Positions 10,443-18,225 of a stretch of DNA of 40,257 bases are shown piece after piece. This stretch comes from a virus (taxonomy: Duplodnaviria > Caudoviricetes): positions 1 to 40,257 of IMG/VR virus record IMGVR_UViG_3300014208_000017, one strand, 5' to 3'. The position numbers and the translations under genes are program-made. The notes beneath the pieces are model-generated. The model had not been told where the DNA came from. It did not search any database and worked only from the letters and a program-made list of their open reading frames with translations. Numbering within the stretch: position 1 is the stretch's first letter; each line of letters starts with the position of its first letter.

Positions 10443-10775
10443 TGTTATGCCTTATCTATAATTAGGAACCGATTGACTACCAAGCTGAAACTGATTTCTA
10501 AATTCAGAAGCCAATAACATTATATTTGTCATTTTATCTTTAGATAGATTCTCGATAAAATCTTCTGATTTTTTGTACCAATATGCCCAGTCATCTTTTG
10601 GGGGCAATTTATCCATTCTTATACTCCCTTTATGCGCGCATTTTCGTATTCGTTGTTGTAGAATTGTTTTGCTGCTTCTCTTAATGAAGGATACATATCA
10701 TCCAGATACGCTTTAGTTAATGTAAATGCACGAATTTCGGCAGCCATTTCTTCCAGATAAAATGCAAATTGTTCT

Positions 10776-11261
10776 TTATTTTTCATTCTTATATTCCTCT
10801 TTCGCTTTTAAATAGGCTGCGTGGGCTTCTTCGGGGGTTTGATGCCAGCTGATATATTTGTATGATTTACCCATCCATAATCGTGCAGCAAAGCGCTTAT
10901 TATCCTGAAAAACGCCCTTAAAGCCATGCTTATTCTTTACACGTAAATCACATTCTTGCATCATTTTAGAATGATTAACTGCTCGTAAATTTTCAATGCG
11001 ATAATCAACAGGATTGCCATTTATATTTATCAAATAATCGGGCTTGATTTTATGATGATACATATAAATTAAATGAGAATATGGCCAATTTCTTTTCACC
11101 TTTCCTGTGCGAAACGATACAGTGAATAATAATTTTTTCGTGTTGCCGCAAACTGTTCCCATAAGTATTTTTTTATTATCTTTTCGCAGTAGATTGCCGT
11201 CTTTATATTCATATGTTTCATGCAAATAATCATATATTTGTTGGACTTCTTCAGGGGTCAT
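10776..11261 (-). CDS. HNH-AP2 homing-endonuclease-like protein, HNH site degenerate
   Basis: ININGNPVDYRIENLR followed by an AP2-like KGVF...RFAARL...TPEEAHAAY. Confidence 0.75.
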   Translation of the reverse strand: MTPEEVQQIYDYLHETYEYKDGNLLRKDNKKILMGTVCGNTKKLLFTVSFRTGKVKRNWPYSHLIYMYHHKIKPDYLININGNPVDYRIENLRAVNHSKMMQECDLRVKNKHGFKGVFQDNKRFAARLWMGKSYKYISWHQTPEEAHAAYLKAKEEYKNEK

Positions 11262-11458
11262 TCTTCAACCTCAATAGGGCCAGGAGTGCAGAAATGCGTT
11301 ACTTCCCACATACAATAATCATCATCAAACGTTTCCCAAGAGCCATCATCATGATTATATCTCCCTTCGGAATAAGCTATATTATTACCATTTATAACGC
11401 GTTGAATAACTGTGCCGCCATTAGGAGGTAGATATTTTTTAACCGAGTACCATTTCAT
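11258..11458 (-). CDS. DUF551-like protein
   Basis: MKWYSVKKYLP...VTHF..P. Confidence 0.65.
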   Translation of the reverse strand: MKWYSVKKYLPPNGGTVIQRVINGNNIAYSEGRYNHDDGSWETFDDDYCMWEVTHFCTPGPIEVEE

Positions 11459-11643
11459 TCTTCAACCTCCGGCATAGCTGGCAAAGGCATCCAGTGCGAA
11501 GGATTGCATCGACCACCCTCATAATTCCAATAAATATCTCCGGCACAATCCCACCACTCAGCAAGAAAGATATAATTATCTTCATAAACCAAAACTCTAG
11601 TCTGCTCTTCTGGCAATCTCTCGCTTACTTTAATCCAGGTCAT
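11455..11643 (-). CDS. DUF551 protein
   Basis: MTWIKVSERLPE...PSHWMPLP. Confidence 0.85.
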   Translation of the reverse strand: MTWIKVSERLPEEQTRVLVYEDNYIFLAEWWDCAGDIYWNYEGGRCNPSHWMPLPAMPEVEE

Positions 11644-11871
11644 TTATATCTCCATTGTTCCACGTGAAACATTTGGTTCATTGCGATTTATTAACTCATC
11701 AACCAACAAATCCATATCAGACCTCATGCGCTCCATAGTGGTATCACGAATAGCACAAATAAGACCATTGCTAATCATTTTTGTCTTGTCTATCTGGTGT
11801 TTTTGTAAATAAACATAAATGAAATTACCTAGGGAGTAGTACAAATCTTGCAGCTCTTTGGTGTTATTCAT
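11644..11871 (-). CDS. Hypothetical protein
   Basis: GGAG RBS; flanked by a 16-bp direct repeat. Confidence 0.6.
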   Translation of the reverse strand: MNNTKELQDLYYSLGNFIYVYLQKHQIDKTKMISNGLICAIRDTTMERMRSDMDLLVDELINRNEPNVSRGTMEI

Positions 11872-11886
11872 TTATATCTCCATAAA

Positions 11887-12083
11887 AAGAGAAAGAAGGC
11901 CCGAATTGCACGGGCTAGCTTGTTATTTATTTCCCGTTACTTTAGCAGTGCACTTGCTGTTTTACAGTACATCGGAAAAGACTGTCCATTTCTCATAATT
12001 AGTGGTCAATGACATAATTAGATGAACATCGCCTACAAGCTGCAAACCGTAAATCATGCTTCACTGTCAGCATCGCTTCTTTC
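11887..12083 (-). ncRNA. tRNA-like element 8 (8/5 scaffold with large insert, no encoded CCA)
   Basis: GAAAGAAG/CUUCUUUC 8-bp stem; AUGCU-GACAGUGA-AGCAU D-like hairpin; GCCCG-UGCAAUU-CGGGC T-like arm. Confidence 0.65.
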
Positions 12084-12088
12084 ATAAT

Positions 12089-12152
12089 TGGTTGGGGTGT
12101 CGAAGACCTTGCACTTCCCTTGGGAGCGTCCTACCAACAGATTCCCACCCCA
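12089..12152 (-). ncRNA. tRNA-like element 7 (short, ACCA end)
   Basis: UGGGGUG/CACCCCA stem followed by ACCA; GAAG-UGCAAGGU-CUUC hairpin. Confidence 0.55.
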
Positions 12153-12203
12153 TAAAACCGCTTACGGCGGTCAATCGGCCTAGCCTCTCGATATTTAAAG
12201 CGG

Positions 12204-12285
12204 TGGCTAGTAAGTCAAGCGGTCAGGATAGCTGCCCTTGGGTTCCAGACATACGATTCTGGCGACTCCTTCATAACTTGCTAGC
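12204..12285 (-). ncRNA. Stem-closed element 6 ending CCA
   Basis: CUAGCAAGU/ACUUACUAG closing stem with one mismatch, followed by CCA; no clear T-loop. Confidence 0.35.
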
Positions 12286-12319
12286 GTTAACCGTCGAGCC
12301 TCTTATCGGCGTGAGGTTC

Positions 12320-12445
12320 GGGTGACAATCGGCAGTGTTGTCTAACTGCTAGGCCATAACCCCTGCATACCTTCCCCTATGGCATCCCACATGCAGGACT
12401 GCTTCAGCCAGCTAGGTAGCACGTCTAATCCGTGCTGCGATTGTC
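12320..12445 (-). ncRNA. tRNA-like element 5 (8/5 scaffold, ACCC end)
   Basis: GACAAUCG/CGAUUGUC; GCACG-GAUUAGA-CGUGC; CCUGCAU/AUGCAGG insert; GCAGU-UAGACAAC-ACUGC. Confidence 0.6.
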
Positions 12446-12451
12446 ATAAAA

Positions 12452-12520
12452 AGTGAGCGCTTATTGTTCGTCAAGCATGGCTATGAACCAAGTAGTGTCC
12501 TGACATTCTGTTTATCGCTC
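12452..12520 (-). ncRNA. Degenerate stem-closed element 4
   Basis: GAGCG/CGCUC outer stem and UGUCAGG/CUUGACG inner stem; sits between elements 3 and 5. Confidence 0.3.
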
Positions 12521-12554
12521 GTCTGCAGTTCACTACGCTGCATTTTCCAGAAGA

Positions 12555-12660
12555 TGGTGACAATCAGTACGATTCGAACGTACGGCACCCGATTTATAGG
12601 CCCTATGACCAAACCAGGAGCTTACATAGGTCAGGGTTAGTCCTCTCCCCCATGATTGTC
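12555..12660 (-). ncRNA. tRNA-like element 3 (8/5, ACCA)
   Basis: GACAAUCA/UGAUUGUC-ACCA; GGG-GAGAGGACUAA-CCC D arm; CCUAUG/CAUAGG with a 17-nt loop; GUACG-UUCGAAU-CGUAC T arm. Confidence 0.75.
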
Positions 12661-12665
12661 ATAAT

Positions 12666-12810
12666 TGGCGACAGCAGGTTGGATTCGAACCAACGTAGGC
12701 CAGCATAGGCCGAAGTGCATCTCATCACGTGCTGAAGGCTATTACACGATCTAGGAACTGTGCCACAGTCAACGAGACTATTCGCGTTTAACCACTCCGC
12801 AACTGCTGTC
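12666..12810 (-). ncRNA. tRNA-like element 2 (8/5, class II-like, GCCA)
   Basis: GACAGCAG/CUGCUGUC-GCCA; GCG-GAGUGGUUAAA-CGC D arm; GGCC-UAUGCU-GGCC variable arm; GUUGG-UUCGAAU-CCAAC T arm. Confidence 0.8.
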
Positions 12811-12815
12811 ATAAT

Positions 12816-12910
12816 TGGTGACAAAAACTTGCCGGCATTCATCCTAAACGTTACCACCCAGCTCTATGAACGGCCTTAAGCACGGCATTCTCGCTTAGCA
12901 AATTTCTGTC
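12816..12910 (-). ncRNA. tRNA-like element 1 (13-14 bp closing helix, ACCA)
   Basis: GACAGAAAUUUGCU/GGCAAGUUUUUGUC-ACCA; three G-U pairs that pair only on the minus strand. Confidence 0.65.
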
Positions 12911-12965
12911 ATAACTCACACCACAAAACCCCTAAGCCATCGTCTGATTATTCGCAATAGGCGTT

Positions 12966-13388
12966 TCATTTCTTTTCCAATTGATAATGATGAATTGCAC
13001 ATACCCATATTACTTCCAATGGCTTTGAGTAATCTTCATGGTGCCCCATGGATTTTTCTGAACCACATACGCAGCATGGCATTTTTATTAATCTTCCACT
13101 TTTAATGGCAGTAGCAACAAGGGCTCTTGCTTTATATTTTTCAGGATATAATTTTCTTTGCCTTCTGCAATTTTCTGCACCAAGTTCTCTTCTTTTTATA
13201 TCGTTCTTATATCGGTCATTGTCATATTTTCTACATTTATCTATATTTTTTTCTCTGTTTTTTCGATTATCTTCCTTTGTGCATTTCTTGCATTTATTTA
13301 AATGGCCATCCTTCATTTCTTTATGTACATAAAAATAATGAATAGGCCATTCGACACTGCATTTAAAACATTTTTTGGTAGTCATCAT
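12966..13388 (-). CDS. Phage Zn-binding / HNH-like protein (140 aa)
   Basis: CFKC...CKKC N-terminal Zn finger; C-terminal PCCVC...GHHEDYSKPLEVIWVCAIHH. Confidence 0.65.
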   Translation of the reverse strand: MMTTKKCFKCSVEWPIHYFYVHKEMKDGHLNKCKKCTKEDNRKNREKNIDKCRKYDNDRYKNDIKRRELGAENCRRQRKLYPEKYKARALVATAIKSGRLIKMPCCVCGSEKSMGHHEDYSKPLEVIWVCAIHHYQLEKK

Positions 13389-13437
13389 AAATCCCTGTAT
13401 TTATATACCGCTCAGGAAAGACTACCATTCTAAGCGG

Positions 13438-13989
13438 TTATTTAAAAGGGATGTCATCTTCCAATACTTCCGTCAATCTAGAATCAGCATTGCGACTCAG
13501 AGCAGTATCAACATGATGAACTACCGATTGCACATTACCAGTTTCACACTTAAATCCAGCAACAGGATGAATCTCACTTACCCATGTATATTGCTTACCC
13601 TTATCATTAGGCTCTGTAAGCTGAATCTTAATGCCGTACTCTTTGCCCTTAAATACCATCAAATCGGCATTACTAGGTGCGTCTTTAGACTTAGGCGACA
13701 AGTTGTAGGTCTTGTACATCAGCATCAGTAAATTCAATGAACGATGACGTTTCTTGGGCTCATCATCAAATACGTGCAGCTTTTGGAATACATGTTGTCC
13801 TGTGAAATCCCCATCGGTCAGCACCCAATCAATTTTAAGGTGCTTCTTGCCTTCATGCTCTTCATTGGTGAAGGCTGCTATTTGGGCTAGGGCCAATGTA
13901 TCATCAGGTATTTGTTTGAACTGTCGTGTGTATGCATCTTCTGGCTTGCCGGTAAGCTCGCCTAATGGTGATATCCAAAATTGTTCCAT
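13438..13989 (-). CDS. Single-stranded DNA-binding protein (DUF669-like)
   Basis: Acidic C-terminal EDDIPF tail; downstream of the Sak4-like ATPase. Confidence 0.7.
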   Translation of the reverse strand: MEQFWISPLGELTGKPEDAYTRQFKQIPDDTLALAQIAAFTNEEHEGKKHLKIDWVLTDGDFTGQHVFQKLHVFDDEPKKRHRSLNLLMLMYKTYNLSPKSKDAPSNADLMVFKGKEYGIKIQLTEPNDKGKQYTWVSEIHPVAGFKCETGNVQSVVHHVDTALSRNADSRLTEVLEDDIPFK

Positions 13990-13992
13990 TTA

Positions 13993-14274
13993 TTAATCCT
14001 CTTCCGTTGCAAGTTGTTGAGCAAGTTTTAGTCCATTGCCTTTCTCTCCACATGAGAGACAATTAAACTCATCTTCGTAAGCATCATAAACGCAAGATGG
14101 AGTCATTTCTTCATGAAAAGGACACAAGCAAAATAAATACTTACCTTTTCGTTTTAAATGGTCGTCAAGAACACTTTTTACCCATTCATGGCGCATTTCT
14201 GCCTCTTGTTGACCAGCATTGAATCCCGCATGAAAGTGGCATGAATCATGCTCGTGGTTTTGTGTAAAACTCAT
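13993..14274 (-). CDS. Stand-alone CHC2 zinc-finger (primase-type Zn-binding domain)
   Basis: LCPFHEEMTPS...FNCLSCGEKG. Confidence 0.85.
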   Translation of the reverse strand: MSFTQNHEHDSCHFHAGFNAGQQEAEMRHEWVKSVLDDHLKRKGKYLFCLCPFHEEMTPSCVYDAYEDEFNCLSCGEKGNGLKLAQQLATEED

Positions 14275-14924
14275 TCTGTCTCCTCATTAAAATACGTTTT
14301 CATATCATCGATAACAACGGATAGGTCATTGTCTATAAATTTCTGCTCAAACAAGCCCATAGGGCTTTTTGAGACATGTACGCCATCATGCTGGGTGAGG
14401 AACTTAAATTCCCCGTCAATGATTAAGCTATGAAGCACCGTCGTAAACATGCCTTCCAGCGTAATCTTATCGTCTAGCATCTTACCAATGGTTTTGCATT
14501 TCATGCGACCGTTTTGGTCTTGGTCACTATGAGAAATAACAAAGCAATATAAATCTGGTCGTGTTTCGGTTAATGCCTTAATGACATCCCACGCATGTTT
14601 GCCTATATCGGTGAATCTGTCATAGCCTTTTTCGCTCGACCTTCTCATAAATTCATTGGCCAGCAAATATTGGAAATCATCAATAATCAGCGTTGTTATA
14701 TCTGGCCTTCGTTCATTAACCGCCTTTATGTAGCTTAGCAATACTGAATAATCGTCGCTTTCATGATAGTTTTTGTTTTCCGCATTGTATCTCTTCTTAA
14801 ACCCTCTAAATGGCAATGGCTTGCCAATGACGTTTAAAATAAATGTTGATGCTGGGTCCAAATTACGCAGGGAAGTGGACTTGCCACTTCCAGATTCGCC
14901 GATAATAAGGGTTGTTGTACTCAT
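14271..14924 (-). CDS. Sak4-like / AAA_24 ATPase (recombination)
   Basis: GESGSGKSTS Walker A, LIIDDFQY Walker B, KTIGKMLD, KSPMGLF. Confidence 0.85.
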   Translation of the reverse strand: MSTTTLIIGESGSGKSTSLRNLDPASTFILNVIGKPLPFRGFKKRYNAENKNYHESDDYSVLLSYIKAVNERRPDITTLIIDDFQYLLANEFMRRSSEKGYDRFTDIGKHAWDVIKALTETRPDLYCFVISHSDQDQNGRMKCKTIGKMLDDKITLEGMFTTVLHSLIIDGEFKFLTQHDGVHVSKSPMGLFEQKFIDNDLSVVIDDMKTYFNEETE

Positions 14925-15334
14925 CGCACACCAGCCGATATCTTCACATGCAGCTTCTTGGGCTTCTTGCTGATAAGTTTATCAAACAAAGCCCGCTCAT
15001 AATCGCTGGCATACTTTTCCGCGTCTTTGATGACCTGTTTATCAAGGTCATAGGCAATGCGCTTACGAACGGGATCAAAACACGCCGGCAAGTTTTTACC
15101 AACAATCTCATATTCTTCTTTATTCAAACTATAATTCCATCCAGCAGTAACCGTGACCTTCCACTTGTCATGGATATATGTACGGCTACCATCATCACCA
15201 TGCTCAAACAACGCACTTAATCGCGCCTCAAGCTCTTCTTTTATGCGGCTTAACTCTGCAATCTGATAGCTTATCTGTTCAAGTGTAATAATGGAATCAC
15301 GAATGATGTGGCTTTTATCTACTGGTATATTCAT
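14921..15334 (-). CDS. Coiled-coil protein of the recombination module (Gam/Gp157-like position)
   Basis: N-terminal coiled coil; first gene after the leftward promoter; family assignment is positional. Confidence 0.5.
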   Translation of the reverse strand: MNIPVDKSHIIRDSIITLEQISYQIAELSRIKEELEARLSALFEHGDDGSRTYIHDKWKVTVTAGWNYSLNKEEYEIVGKNLPACFDPVRKRIAYDLDKQVIKDAEKYASDYERALFDKLISKKPKKLHVKISAGVR

Positions 15335-15377
15335 TGCATTCTACCTATTCTAGTTGCGTCAGTAGTGACGTACAGCC

Positions 15378-15406
15378 ATCTTATGCGAAATATATAGCAT
15401 AGTCAA
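15378..15406 (-). promoter_or_regulatory. Leftward sigma70-type promoter with operator in spacer
   Basis: TTGACT-N17-TAAGAT; overlaps the 20-bp TATGCGAAATATATAGCATA (15382-15401). Confidence 0.7.
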
Positions 15407-15443
15407 CTCTTTTAGGGTAATATTATTGTTTTACGGAGAACAT

Positions 15444-15665
15444 ATGTTGATAGATGATGTTTATGATTATTTTGGCTCAGGGTATGCCATGCAGAAAAGT
15501 ACGGGTTTAAATCACAGTAACTTTAAGAATTGGCGTGATAAGGGGTATATACCGATTGCGACGCAGATGAAGATTGAGCGGTTAACCAATGGGGAATTAA
15601 AGGCTGATTTGTCACATTGTAAAAAAGAGGAAGAATTGCCAGATGCTCACACAAGCCGAGATTGA
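15444..15665 (+). CDS. Cro/YdaS-like transcriptional regulator
   Basis: YFGS...NW...IP...IERLTNGELKAD pattern; GGAG RBS before ATG 15444; divergent from the leftward promoter. Confidence 0.8.
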   Translation: MLIDDVYDYFGSGYAMQKSTGLNHSNFKNWRDKGYIPIATQMKIERLTNGELKADLSHCKKEEELPDAHTSRD

Positions 15666-15948
15666 TAGATTACTTAAAAAGGAGGTTGTAATAATGCCGG
15701 ATGAAGATGTGATGAAATTAGCTGCCACATGGGATTTATCGGAATGGGATGTATCGCCACGACTGGTTGGATTTGTATATAGTTATATCAAGAATCGGTA
15801 TAAAGACGGTGAAACCTTGAATGATATTGAGCGTAATTTAGGCATTGCGCATGAAAGCATATCGCATTCGTTGAGGGCGTTGGAGGAGTATGGTTATTTG
15901 GCTATATCGCGGGCTCGGAAGCCGTTTCAGTATCGGGTGATTAAATGA
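15643..15948 (+). CDS. Winged-helix DNA-binding protein
   Basis: TLNDIERNLGIAHESISHSLRALEEYGYLAISR. Confidence 0.7.
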   Translation: MLTQAEIDRLLKKEVVIMPDEDVMKLAATWDLSEWDVSPRLVGFVYSYIKNRYKDGETLNDIERNLGIAHESISHSLRALEEYGYLAISRARKPFQYRVIK

Positions 15949-17941
15949 CCGAGGAAGAATACTGGCATCCTTATGCCCCCCCATCAAGATGCGATATGTG
16001 CCAAGCTGATACAGCAGAATGTTGGCCTCCAGATAATGAAAAAGGTTATACAGGGTTATGCAAAGATTGCTTTCATATATTCTATGAACAAAACCAGCAT
16101 CTATTTCCATTGCCTAACAAAACGGTGACGCATGACGATTGAAGAGGAGCTAGCCGAGCTTAGGGCCTTTAAACTAGCCCATGGGGGAAAAGCTATCAAT
16201 CGGGCGTTTGCGAGGCTTGAGCAGCTTCTGGAGATGGCGGCATACGATGGCGTGCAGAGTGTGCGTGCTTTTAGGGTGATTGCGGAATGTCTTTTAGCGC
16301 TTAAGGATGAATTAGAATGTTAGAAAGAGAAGTTTCCGATTTTCTTGATGGCATTCCTGGTAATGATGATTTTAAAACCGTATGGGATACCTATCAAGGC
16401 GCTAGATTAGATATTATTGATCGTAATATTGCCGCATATTTCTTTGGCATGGGATATATATGTGCTGCGAAAGATGCGAATGAGGAGATTGGGAAGTGAG
16501 TATTCAAAGAGTTGCTAGACGCTTGGCAAAGAAAGGAAAGAAAATAGAAATCTTAGACGTTAAGCGCATTAATAGCCATATGAAAACAACGCAATTTACG
16601 CCTTATGTAGATAAAAATGAAGCCAAGATGAAGGCTATTAATTTATTAGGATTGGATTTAAATGAATAATTTCACCAAATGGATTAGAGACCTTCCCGAA
16701 GGCATTCAAATATTATTATTTTTACTGGTGTTTCCGATTGTCGTTGCCAGTGCGGCTTTTATTGTATTTCTTATAATTAGTTTATGGCATTTTTTATACT
16801 TAAGATGGTGGTAAGTAATGAATAATTTCACCAAAGAAGACCTAGAAAACCTACGCCTATGCGTGGCTAAGTATCGGGATGGCAATGACGAGGTAGTGTT
16901 GCCGGCGTTGTTTTCGAAGATACAGGGGGCTATTGAAGATTACATCGACCCCGAAAACTGCCCACATTATTGGTTAACCGACCCAAAGCTAAAGTTTATG
17001 TCTAATCCACCAAAATATAATTTATTATGCAGCAATTGTGGCATTACGAGATATATGGATTGTGCTGAATTTGATAGGTTGAACCAATGGGGTGTTGGGC
17101 GATGAATGATTTTAAAGTAGGCGATGAGATTTGGTGGTTTGAGTACCCAGACCAATGTATGGGTCTTTTGCGAGATGTCGTCTTGAAGCATGCAAATGTA
17201 ATACAGGGATGGGATGACAAATACATTGAGCTTGATTGCGGGCATTCTTTGCATATTTTTGATGTTCAGATATTTAGGTCCAAATCCGAAGCCATAGACG
17301 CCATGATTGCTAGGTTGCAGGAGCTCCGCGATGAACCACACCGAACTTAACGACCTCATGGTCTGCGCCTTTCGCTATGCTTTAGGCCGTAGAACGTACG
17401 TTACACACACAATTAGCGAGCTACTTATCAAGCATAAGGATGAGTTATCAGAGCAGTCTAAAATTATTATTTTACACGATATTGCTCGTGCTATTAATGC
17501 CAATGACTATGGGATGGACATTGATAAAGCATGCTGGATTAAATTGAGAGAGGCATTGAAGTGACAGAAGAACTATCATGTTTATTTGTAAAGAAACCAA
17601 AATTATCCAAACGAAAAGCAAAGCGCATAGCTAAAATGCAAGCAAGTTTCGAACGTTTCTGGGGTTATTTAGATAAGGTGTGCCCTGATAATGATGAGCA
17701 CCAACAAGGACTTTATCGTTTACAAGAATCTTGTGTATGGTTATGTAGATCTATTGTTAATGGGCCATATAAATATGAAATAAAGGAAAAAGCAGAGGAT
17801 GAAACGCCAGAGATAATTGCTATGAAATTGGCTGCTGAAAAAGAAGATCAAGAAGCAATAATCAAAGCAAACCTAATTGAACCACCATCTTGTATACCAA
17901 ATGTTATAGTCAAGAAACGAAGGTTTCAAATAAATAAGTAA
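15945..17941 (+). other. Run of small coupled hypothetical ORFs (15945-16142, 16132-16323, 16317-16499, 16496-16669, 16662-16814 membrane, 16818-17105, 17102-17350, 17331-17564, 17561-17941)
   Basis: Overlapping stop/start codons on one strand; no recognisable families. Confidence 0.6.
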
Positions 17942-17950
17942 TTGATCTTA

Positions 17951-17979
17951 TTGAATGATCATAATCATCTAGGTAGTAT
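17951..17979 (+). promoter_or_regulatory. Putative promoter for the rep leader
   Basis: TTGAAT-N17-TAGTAT. Confidence 0.5.
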
Positions 17980-17986
17980 TGTCACT

Positions 17987-18068
17987 AAAAGCAGGTGCTG
18001 TTAACACCTGCCAAAGTGTGCGCTTAGCGCATATCGAATTTTAACCTATACCAACTAGGCTAAACATG
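17987..18068 (-). ncRNA. Putative ~80-nt antisense RNA upstream of rep
   Basis: Promoter TTGACA-N16-TAAAAT with extended TG (18075-18102); terminator GCAGGUG-UUAACAG-CACCUGC-UUUU (17987-18011). Confidence 0.6.
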
Positions 18069-18157
18069 GACAGTATTTTACCACACAAGATCGCTATGTC
18101 AAATTCCAAAATCATTAATTTTATGCCATTGTTACAGGTAGGCATTTTATCATCTAC

Positions 18158-18188
18158 AAAAAGGAAAGGGCCGCAGATTCGGCGGCCC
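18158..18188 (-). terminator. GC-rich hairpin with U-rich tail on the minus strand
   Basis: GGGCCGC-CGAAUCU-GCGGCCC-UUUCCUUUUU. Confidence 0.5.
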
Positions 18189-18225
18189 CATATTTACTGA
18201 CTCTCAACCCAAGGAATAGTAACAA

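Noticed and set aside
12666-12810. Intron-containing ordinary tRNA
   Set aside because: The insert is far too short for a group I intron, no bulge-helix-bulge is evident, and the 8-bp acceptor is non-canonical; not excluded experimentally
12056-12857. Track ORFs 12056-12325 (+) and 12603-12857 (-)
   Set aside because: No RBS and atypical composition; they overlap RNA structures that explain the sequence better
11887-12911. Array as a CsrB/RsmY-like sponge for the phage CsrA
   Set aside because: I counted about 16 GGA on the minus strand in ~1 kb, roughly chance level, and few sit in hairpin loops
11887-12911. Array as a CRISPR array
   Set aside because: No 23-50 bp direct repeat and no cas genes; units are closed by inverted repeats and vary from about 64 to 195 nt
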